24,000 bases of DNA from Candidatus Scatosoma sp. (GTDB lineage Bacteria; Bacillota; Clostridia; Christensenellales; Borkfalkiaceae): assembly GCA_048465415.1 (NCBI GenBank), contig DBFWLO010000014.1:11514-35513 (forward strand), given 5' to 3'. This document shows, piece after piece, positions 18,501 to 24,000 of the stretch; position 1 is the first letter of the stretch; every line of letters begins with the position of its first letter. The position numbers and the translations under genes are program-made. The notes under the pieces were generated by a model. The model was not told the origin of the DNA. It saw nothing but the letters and a program-made list of their open reading frames with translations, and made no database searches.

Positions 18501-18885
18501 CGCAACCGAACAGGCTCTCCGCATCTTAAAGGATATGAACGCCGACCGCGAAAGTTTCCGTAAGATAGGCTTGACCTTTGAGGAAAAGGCGTTCTACGAT
18601 ATTTTGATGGCTTTACGTGACCAGTACAACTTTGAATATGGCGAAAATAAGGTCGTTGACGGCGTAGTGCTTAACGATAGATGCAAGGCGTTGGCAAAGA
18701 AAATCAAGGAAATCATAGATACGAAATCTTCGTTTGCCGACTGGCTTAACAATCAAATCGTGCGCGATCAGTTGAAATTTGATATCAAGGTATGCTTGAT
18801 TAAAAACGGATATCCCCCACAATATAGCCCCGAAGTTTTCCGTAAAATCATAGAACAAGTTGAAAACTTCGAGGAGAATAATTAG
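15556..18885 (+). CDS. hsdR: Type I restriction enzyme, R subunit (helicase/endonuclease)
   Basis: 1109 aa. An N-terminal nuclease region with a PD-(D/E)xK-like segment (RPDIILFVNGMPLCLIELKN). Helicase motif I FGATGCGKTY and motif II (DEAH-type) CFSDEAHRTQ. Long C-terminal helical domain. Confidence 0.95.
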   Translation: MAKLHNFNGRYCESEYENAFLSFLEQEGWAYLAGNNIPRTTKRDAIYTDDLEQFLSKTNVDLTVDEIRQIIDTVRLVGSESEFSTLHKVYGWMVNGIQFTSQSGLAKMVALIDFENFENNIFRAVNQFTVEYTHNGLVETRRPDIILFVNGMPLCLIELKNPADANATIYTAWEQIYNRYWRDIPHLLHFSPLACISDGVKTRLGTVRTPYEHFYAWRRINDGDKVSTLPFEETQAMIKGVYSPERFLEIFRDYIYFQDSEYDSDEREIVCRYPQFFAARLLKNSIIKSVIEKSGKGGTYFGATGCGKTYAMAFLARQLALRCTDVPEIGSPTIVLIVDRDDLQKQGAKLFTKSKEFLNLGEVKIVPTRKVLREELGARESGGFYICTIQKFCDREDDKIGLINDRANIICFSDEAHRTQLEHAKKIKFSKDTDENMRAMISKPYAKVLKEALPKATFVGFTGTPISETYQTFGDEIDRYTMDQAVADGLTVSIKYHPRITKVLLDQEKVKQIEAYYKKCADDGATEGDIEASKKAMSSMEVILGEPSRLERLAVDIHNHYVSSCANTPTRVQKAMIVCSSRTIAYQLLKEFEKKYHEWFEEKKTPDGMDATDEELRELKPMPCIAMVASVGSNDDSEMYNYLGGVKNSKRSDDMAAAFKQDKSNFRIVIVVDMWITGFDVPSLTYMYNDKPLKKHMLIQTISRVNRKFEGKDYGLIVDYIGIRDNMREAIKIYGGDVSVAPSSDDVEQATAIFREELEILKDLFNGYDLAPFLDPSGDPTLRYTLLAKAAEYVFISTQELQTQTDGGKGVKKVSFKTYFLKTVKRMRTAYDICQPSGELGEEESALAQCFMAIAGFVRKMSGTSDVDTETMNRHVAQMVEEALKYNKVESILEDGEQEDIFSPEYFERLIDVKMPASKLELLIKMLRKQIKEYGKTNQMAAKKFQEMLEETIKLYHERRKTLSAEESDEAQEYTSEEIIRSATEQALRILKDMNADRESFRKIGLTFEEKAFYDILMALRDQYNFEYGENKVVDGVVLNDRCKALAKKIKEIIDTKSSFADWLNNQIVRDQLKFDIKVCLIKNGYPPQYSPEVFRKIIEQVENFEENN

Positions 18886-18952
18886 TCTAACTCCAATAAA
18901 AGTATGTTAAAATTTCTTTATACAAACGATTAAAGAGTTAACTTATGATTTC

Positions 18953-19828
18953 ATGAAGATAATTAGAGAGAGCAACTCAATGATTGATAGAAGAATAAAA
19001 AACGCAGAAATATTCCGTGACACGGAGCAATGCTACACAACCAACCAAGTATTGCGGCAAGGGGTTGAAACATCAATAGAAACTCAGATTTTTATTCCAG
19101 AAAAATCTACTGTATGCTTACATGCCCTTTGTAAAACAGAAAAAGCGAGAGTCATTGTAAGCGGAAAGCGTTCGCTCGAAGCGGCTGAAAACTAAGTCAA
19201 ACAAGGTAAACAGGTGTGCGTGTTGAACTTTGCTTCTGCCACAAATCCTGATGGGGGCGTTGTTAGCGGTTCCTCCGCGCAAGAAGAATGTATTTGCAGA
19301 TGCACTACTTTATATCCTTGCCTAAGCACTAAAATGATGTGGGATGTATTTTACGCACCGCATTGTCAAACGGCAAGTCCATTATATAATGACGATTGCA
19401 TCTATACGCCAAACATTTGCGTGTTCAAGAGCGATACAAATTTCCCTGAACCGCTTCTTCAAGAAAAATGGTGGAGCGTGAATATTCTCACTTGTGCTGC
19501 CCCTAATCTACGCGAACGTCCCAACAATAGAATGAATCCGCATGCAGGTGATACGGCAACAAGGATTACCCATGAAGAACTTGAAGAATTACTAACGACA
19601 CGGATTCGTCGAATATTTGAAATTGCGGCTGCAAACAAAAACGAAATTTTGATTCTTGGTGCATTTGGATGCGGTGCTTTTAGAAATCCCCCTGAAATCA
19701 CGGCAAAGGTGTTCAATAACGTGATGAAGGATTACTTGTGCTATTTCGATACAATCGAATATGCAGTTTATCATACTGAACGTGAATTGGCAAACTATGA
19801 AGCATTCCAGAAAATAATTGAAAGCTAA
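18953..19828 (+). pseudogene. PARG-like macrodomain protein (TIGR02452/DUF2263 type) interrupted by an in-frame TAA at 19193-19195
   Basis: ORFs 18953..19195 and 19214..19828 are in the same frame with no other stop between them, reading ..SLEAAEN*VKQGKQVCVLNFASATNPDGGVVSGSSAQEECICRCTTLYP... The NFASA..GGG-x7-QEE motif is the bacterial PARG/macrodomain signature as I recall it. Here the first Gly is Asp (DGG). The true start may be the ATG at 18980 (MIDRRIK). Confidence 0.7.
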
Positions 19829-19830
19829 GT

Positions 19831-19880
19831 AGAGCCCGGTGATCGGTCAAGGTCGCCGCGCTCTATTTTTATTTTTTATT
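19831..19880 (+). terminator. Rho-independent terminator after the macrodomain gene
   Basis: The hairpin AGAGCCCGGTGATC-ggtcaa-GGTCGCCGCGCTCT (19831-19864) has a 14-position stem with one mismatch and two G-U pairs. It is followed by aTTTTTaTTTTTTaTT. Confidence 0.6.
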
Positions 19881-19952
19881 CTTTTGACAAACAAAGACAC
19901 ATGAAACTATATAGTATTTTCATAAACGCATTAATACATTCCTAAAAACGAC

Positions 19953-19981
19953 TTGACAAATAATTCCAAATATGTTAAACT
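19953..19981 (+). promoter_or_regulatory. Sigma70-like promoter facing the element genes
   Basis: TTGACA (19953-19958), a 17-nt spacer, then TAAACT (19976-19981). A second TTGACA at 19884-19889 has TATATA about 18 nt downstream. Confidence 0.35.
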
Positions 19982-20225
19982 ATATATGTTGATACAAATT
20001 CATAGGCGCACATTTATTAAAACAATTAAGCTCGTATAAACCTTTGTGCACACAACTGAATACACATAATATTTTTTAAGAATTTTTAGACTTGTACATA
20101 GTAAACGGATTGCTTTCAGCCGTTTTTTGTGCAGGTCTTTTTTGTTTGCCCTTAATAAATATCAGGAGGTAAAAATACGAAACAAAAATGAACAGAAGAA
20201 AAACAACAAGGAGGGTGTTACAAGG

Positions 20226-20645
20226 TTGAGATACTACGATTCTAACCGAAAGGATATCCCCGGGAAATATTTCCCTATGCCGAAAGCAGTGTTTCGACTC
20301 GATCTCGATACAGGTGAAATTGCGCTTCTCACCTACCTCATGTACTGCGAGAACCGAAAAACCTTCTAATGTTATCCGAGCTACTCCACCATCGGCCGAG
20401 CGATCGGAATGAGCAACAACACCGTCAGGAAGTATGTTGACAGCCTCAGGCGCAAAGGCTTCCTCTGCACCGAGCCCACGATGGTGAAAACCCTTGACGG
20501 TCGCTTTCACAACGGCAGTCTCCTCCATACTTTACAACCGATCAAGCCTTTGGAGGATGCTTACTATAAGCAGCAACTATGCGAAGCGGAGGCAAGGTTG
20601 AACTTCAAAAAAGCAATGGCAAAATATGAAAAAACCAGGAAGTAA
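20226..20645 (+). pseudogene. Helix-turn-helix (replication-initiator-like) protein typical of Firmicute-type ICE/IME, interrupted by an in-frame TAA at 20367-20369
   Basis: ORFs 20127..20369 and 20409..20645 share a frame and read ..YLMYCENRKTF*CYPSYSTIGRAIGMSNNTVRKYVDSLRRKGFL... The likely start is the TTG at 20226 (MRYYDSNRKDIPGKYFPMP), after AAGGAGGG. From memory, intact homologues read ..RKT(F/Y)QC(Y/H)PSY.., so CAA->TAA is plausible. Confidence 0.6.
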
Positions 20646-20650
20646 ATGAA

Positions 20651-20872
20651 ATGAAACAGTCGATGTATAAGAGCCGTGAGGAGATGCCTATGTTCCTCAC
20701 CGTGATGGACGTAGCAAATCTGCTTGGGATTTCCCGAGCGAGCGCCTACGAGCTTGTGCGCGAGGAGAACTTTCCGAAGCTGAAAATCGTTCAGGGCAGA
20801 ACCATCATACCGCGCGACAGACTTCTCGAATGGCTCGATGAACAGACGAAATACGACCATACAGCAAAATAG
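20651..20872 (+). CDS. Excisionase-family / MerR-like helix-turn-helix DNA-binding protein
   Basis: ..PMFLTVMDVANLLGISRASAYELVREENFPKLKIVQGRTIIPRDRLLEWL.. is the typical HTH_17/Xis-type pattern. An alternative start at 20690 has a GAGGAG RBS. Confidence 0.75.
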   Translation: MKQSMYKSREEMPMFLTVMDVANLLGISRASAYELVREENFPKLKIVQGRTIIPRDRLLEWLDEQTKYDHTAK

Positions 20873-20895
20873 GGTTTTGCGAAACCCTATTTTTT
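20869..20895 (+). terminator. Rho-independent terminator
   Basis: ATAGGGTTT-tgcg-AAACCCTAT is a perfect 9-bp stem with a 4-nt loop, followed by TTTTT. It overlaps the TAG stop at 20870-20872. Confidence 0.7.
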
Positions 20896-21152
20896 AAGCA
20901 GGATAAAGCCGTGTCTGCCCCACACGGCATACCACATCGCACGGCAACGCCGAGCGAGACGAAACCGGGGCGTGATAAGGCTTTTTGAAGACCTCTCCCC
21001 TGCCAAATCACAAAGACATATCGTGTCTGCGGGGGGACAAAATCGACACTTTATAGTCTTACAGTACCAAAATATCAAGGCGTTACAAGGGATTGCAGAT
21101 ATCTGATCATGGCGCCTTCCGAAGTTTTACAATCATCAAAAGGAGAAAAACG
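20896..21152 (+). other. Candidate oriT / relaxosome assembly region
   Basis: About 250 bp of non-coding sequence immediately upstream of the RHH and relaxase genes. It contains the inverted repeat GCCGTGT-ctgcccc-ACACGGC (20908-20928). The 9-mer CGTGTCTGC occurs at 20910-20918 and 21022-21030. A G6 tract starts at 21031. Confidence 0.3.
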
Positions 21153-21554
21153 ATGGAACAAAATAACGATATACTTGAAGCAAGAGGCGTTAGCCTCACC
21201 AAAAAACAGTGGGCACGCTGCGACAGGCTCGCAGAGGACAAAGGTTATAAATCGCGCAATGCCTTCATCCGGGAAGCCGTGGATTTCTACTGTGCGTGGA
21301 TAGAGAAGGAACATATTGAAAAATTTCTTCTGCCGTCTCTGGAATCCGTCATCGGGGCGAAGGTAAGAGACAGCGAGGAACGCATTTGCAGACTTTTGTT
21401 TAAGCTTGCGGTCGAGCAAAATTCTCTTGCCAAGATCATGGCGAGAGAGTATGAAGAATACGACACATATCTCCTGGACGAAATCCGCCAGGAAAGTATC
21501 CGTGAAGTGAAAGAAACCAACGGCACTATTCGTATTCGGGAACACTTCGAGTAA
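21153..21554 (+). CDS. Ribbon-helix-helix (CopG/MobC-like) DNA-binding protein, probable relaxosome accessory factor
   Basis: The ATG at 21153 (MEQNNDILEARGVSLTKKQW..) follows an AGGAG RBS. The RHH-like segment is VSLTKKQWARCDRLAEDKGYKSRNAFIREAVDFY. It lies directly upstream of the relaxase. Confidence 0.65.
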   Translation: MEQNNDILEARGVSLTKKQWARCDRLAEDKGYKSRNAFIREAVDFYCAWIEKEHIEKFLLPSLESVIGAKVRDSEERICRLLFKLAVEQNSLAKIMAREYEEYDTYLLDEIRQESIREVKETNGTIRIREHFE

Positions 21555-21564
21555 GGAGGCATGA

Positions 21565-23304
21565 ATGGCAGGATTAATTTTGAAAGCCCCCTACTACAAG
21601 CCCGGACAAACCAACGAACAGGGTCAGTCCCGAGGCGGCTACGTCGAATATATTGCAAAGCGCGAAGGCGTTGAAATTCTTCGGAGCGGTATGGCAAGCT
21701 ATATCGGCGAACGCCGCGGCTCGCACGGTTTATTTTCGGATGAGGGTATAAAAATAAATCTCTCCGCCGTCGGCAAAGAGATAGAAGAACACCCGGGCAA
21801 CATTTGGGGCTTCATCATTTCGCTCAAACGCGAAGACGCCGAGCGTCTCGGTTACAACTGCGCGGAACAATGGCTGAATCTGCTGCGTTCCCGCCGCAAT
21901 GACATTGCAAGAGAGATGGGCATCGCGCCCGGAAACTTCCGTTGGGTTGCCGCCTATCATAACAAAGAACTCAATCCCCACGTGCATCTGCTGGCGTGGT
22001 CGTCACGTCCGCAAGAGCCCTATCTCTCCCGCACAGGCATTCAGCATATCAAGCAAACTCTTGCGGGGGATATCTTTCGGCAAGAGCTGATCTCGATTTA
22101 TAAAAAGCAGACCGCTGCAAGAGATGACGTTAAGGAAAGATACCGTGAGCGTATCAAAGAATTGGTTTCCGAAATTCAAAACGGCAATCACGCCTTCTCA
22201 CCCGAGCTGATTTCAAAAATGTAAATCCTTTCAAAGAGACTCCAAAAAGTCAAAGGCAAGAAGGTCTACGGGTATCTTGATAAAAATTCGAAAGCTCTCA
22301 TAAAGGAAATAGTAACAATGCTTGGGAGGGATGAAAAAATTGCGGAGCTTTACGAGTCGTGGTACAGATATAAATGCGAAACCGTCCGTACCTATACCGA
22401 CAAACTGCCGAAAAAAATTCCGATCGAGGAGAACGAGGAATTCAAATCCGTCCGCAATGTTGTCGTGCGCTGTGCGGCCGCGCCCGGAAAGCTCGGCGAA
22501 CCGCCCGACCGAGATATCGATTTCGATTACTCTGTGCTCAAAGACAAGGCAGACGATTTCAGATATTTATATGTAGAAGCCAATTCGACGGACGATCCCT
22601 TTGCGTATTGCCGTCTCGGGCGGTATTATCTTGAAAAGACGGACGATATGGAACAAGCGGAGTATTGGCTGCGCATGGCGGCAGACCAAGGAAACGCCTT
22701 AGCCGCATATCTAGTCTATAAAAGCTGCCGCAACGGAAAATTTACCGAGACGCCGAGCGACAAAATGAAATACCTTCGTATGGCGGCAGATGCCGGGTTT
22801 GGATATGCCGAATATGAATACGCCAAGTATCTGCAAGACAAGTCCCCTGTCGATGCGAAAAATTATTTGCGGAGTGCCGCCGAGCACAGCTGTTTCCACG
22901 CCGCATATATGCTCGGCAAGCGGCTCTTCGACGAAGGCAGGCACGAAGAAGCAAAGGAATGGTTCCAACGCTCCGCGCAGAGCGACACCTGGGCTCAAAC
23001 GAGAGTCGGGTTGCTATTTTATTACGAATACAATGATCATGAGACAGGCAAGGAATTTCTTCAAACTGCCGCCGACAACGGATACACTCCCGCAGAAGAA
23101 GCCTTTAAGGCGATACAAAATAATCTTAACGCACAATTCCTTGTCGGGGTATGCGATTTATTTTATTACGCAGGCAATCTCATCGACGAACGTACCGAGG
23201 ATATGTATGACAAAGAACAGCAGATAAAGGGCCGCGGCATTGACCGCAAACAGAAGAAAGCGATACGTGAAAAGAAGCAGAGCATGGGTTTGAAAGGCCT
23301 ATAA
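21565..23304 (+). pseudogene. MobL-type conjugative relaxase with C-terminal Sel1-like repeats, interrupted by an in-frame TAA at 22222-22224
   Basis: N-terminal motifs HGLFSD, IWGFIISLKREDAERLGY and WVAAYHNKELNPHVHLLAWS (His-triad type). The frame stays open from 22225 through the ATG at 22318, reading ..ELISKM*ILSKRLQKVKGKKVYGYLDKNSKALIKEIVTMLGRDEKIAELYESWY... The C-terminus has repeated A-A-x-x-G-x-x-x-A-x-Y-x-L-G type Sel1 units (RMAADQGNALAAYLVY, RMAADAGFGYAEYEYAKY, RSAAEHSCFHAAYMLGK). Confidence 0.8.
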
Positions 23305-23420
23305 CGGAGATGAAAAAATAATGATAATAAACCGATAATTCCTCGCAAAAACGCTGGATATTCTCTCGAACCTGTGGTATATTTGTGGTACGACAAAAAT
23401 CACAAAAACAGGAGGAACTG

Positions 23421-23726
23421 ATGGCTAAGCTGATTAGAAAACATTTTGGAAAACTGGTTTCGGTAGAGCCGAACACCCCATCGGGAATCGACAAGGAATG
23501 GTCTTGGCGCAAAGCCTACGAAGGATTTTACGGAATTATTCATGTTTATGAAAGCCGGCATAGATTTTCAGGGAAACATTTTATCGTGATATACGATATA
23601 GACTTCGACTATCTGAAAACGGGTGTGGGAGAGTTAACATACGAAGGCAAGCGTATTCTCCTAAATACCCGAAACAGCAGATACGCATTCACGTATATAG
23701 ACCTTGAAAAAAAGGATGGTGATTAA
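23421..23726 (+). CDS. Hypothetical protein (101 aa) abutting the integrase
   Basis: The ATG at 23421 (MAKLIRKHFGK..) has an AGGAGG RBS 5 nt upstream. Its TAA stop (23724-23726) directly abuts the integrase ATG (23727). I recognise no family. Confidence 0.5.
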   Translation: MAKLIRKHFGKLVSVEPNTPSGIDKEWSWRKAYEGFYGIIHVYESRHRFSGKHFIVIYDIDFDYLKTGVGELTYEGKRILLNTRNSRYAFTYIDLEKKDGD

Positions 23727-24000
23727 ATGGCAAGCAGACGCAGACCGCAAGGCGACGGTATGGTACGTAAACGGGACGACGGACGATGGGAAGGTCGCAT
23801 CGTTATCGGGCATAAGAAAAACGGCGCGCCGATGTATAAATCGGTGTTCGGGAATACCCAAAAATCAACGCTGAAACAGCTTCATCAGCTGATAGACCTC
23901 TACCGCGACGTCGACCTTACGGAAGAATGCCGCATGACGCTCGGCGAATGGATGGACAAGTGGCTCGACGAGTATATGATATTCAAAATCAAAGAAAACA
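23727..24000 (+). CDS. Tyrosine-type site-specific integrase, N-terminal part (runs off the right edge)
   Basis: Absent from the ORF track because it is truncated. The translation is MASRRRPQGDGMVRKRDDGRWEGRIVIGHKKNGAPMYKSVFGNTQKSTLKQLHQLIDLYRDVDLTEECRMTLGEWMDKWLDEYMIFKIKEN. The G(x)VRKR.DGRWEGR beta-hairpin arm-binding motif followed by a TLGEW..WL core-binding helix is typical of Tn916/ICE-family tyrosine integrases. Confidence 0.75.
   Translation, partial: MASRRRPQGDGMVRKRDDGRWEGRIVIGHKKNGAPMYKSVFGNTQKSTLKQLHQLIDLYRDVDLTEECRMTLGEWMDKWLDEYMIFKIKEN

Larger units (their letters stand above)
19881..24000 (+). mobile_element. Integrative mobilizable element (partial; continues past the right edge)
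   Basis: A co-oriented module of HTH protein, Xis-like HTH, intergenic inverted repeats, RHH protein, MobL-type relaxase, small ORF and tyrosine integrase. GC is higher than the neighbouring region. The left boundary is only approximate, somewhere in 19865-20225. No att repeat can be defined because the right end is outside the window. Confidence 0.6.

Noticed and set aside
20188-20229. 13-codon upstream ORF (MNRRKTTRRVLQG) overlapping the TTG start of the HTH gene
   Set aside because: The nearest AGGAGG is about 20 nt from its ATG, too far for efficient initiation. There is no evidence of a leader-peptide mechanism.
20076-20528. 150-aa minus-strand ORF
   Set aside because: It is antisense to the HTH gene, whose translation matches a familiar ICE/IME protein family. 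The minus-strand product has no features.
21075-21987. Minus-strand ORFs (156, 136 and 85 aa) and the + ORF 21109..21303 overlapping the RHH and relaxase genes
   Set aside because: They are shadow ORFs in relatively GC-rich coding DNA. The plus-strand RHH and relaxase frames carry the recognisable motifs.
19193-22224. Genetic-code reassignment of TAA as the explanation for the three in-frame stops
   Set aside because: TAA is the terminal stop of hsdM, hsdS, jetB, ATPase copy 2 and the LacI gene. It is also the terminal stop of the interrupted genes themselves (HTH, relaxase, macrodomain) and of the RHH gene. No suppressor tRNA gene is in the window. Wholesale recoding is therefore not supported; site-specific read-through remains untested.
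22322-23512. Alternative-frame ORFs (84, 86 and 145 aa on +; 95, 70, 76 and 110 aa on -) across the relaxase C-terminal region
   Set aside because: Their products are Arg/Pro/Ser-rich with no motifs. The Sel1-repeat frame is clearly the coding one.
1-24000. CRISPR arrays, tRNA/rRNA genes, long tandem repeats and phase-variable homopolymer tracts inside the R-M genes
   Set aside because: I saw no regularly spaced 25-40 nt repeats, no cloverleaf-like GC-rich segments of about 75 nt, and no long homopolymer or microsatellite tracts in hsdM, hsdS or hsdR. This was a by-eye scan only. tRNAscan-SE, Infernal and minCED runs would be decisive.

Overview
Mosaic accessory, defence-island-type region of a bacterial chromosome, with ordinary sugar-utilisation genes on the left. 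All GC statements are by eye.
(1) 1-2040, mid-40s %GC: the 5' part of a sugar ABC-transporter binding lipoprotein (-) and a LacI-family repressor (-).
(2) About 2040-9890, conspicuously AT-rich: a complete four-gene Wadjet/JetABCD operon (SMC-like ATPase plus Toprim nuclease, anti-plasmid) on the minus strand.
(3) 9894-18885, intermediate GC: two divergently transcribed, distantly paralogous AAA+ ATPases of the AAA_14/DUF4143 (COG1373) type. Each has a C-terminal D...ExK nuclease-like motif. The right-hand one appears to be the first gene of a four-gene operon with a Type I R-M system (hsdM-hsdS-hsdR). The shared intergenic region has two near-consensus sigma70 promoters. Each is abutted by copies of a TTCGG-N2-3-AATTT motif: three 23-bp-phased iterons on one side and a perfect 14-bp palindrome on the other.
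(4) 18953-19828: a PARG-like macrodomain gene (TIGR02452/DUF2263 type) broken by an in-frame TAA.
(5) About 19880 to beyond 24000, higher GC: an integrative mobilizable element. It carries an HTH protein, a Xis-like HTH protein, a candidate oriT, an RHH accessory protein, a MobL-type relaxase with Sel1 repeats, a small ORF, and a tyrosine integrase that runs off the right edge. Two of its genes also carry single in-frame TAA codons.
No rRNA, tRNA or CRISPR array was seen. The best candidates for something undescribed are the restriction-linked ATPase-nuclease genes with their iteron/palindrome control region, and the cluster of three in-frame TAA stops within about 3 kb.
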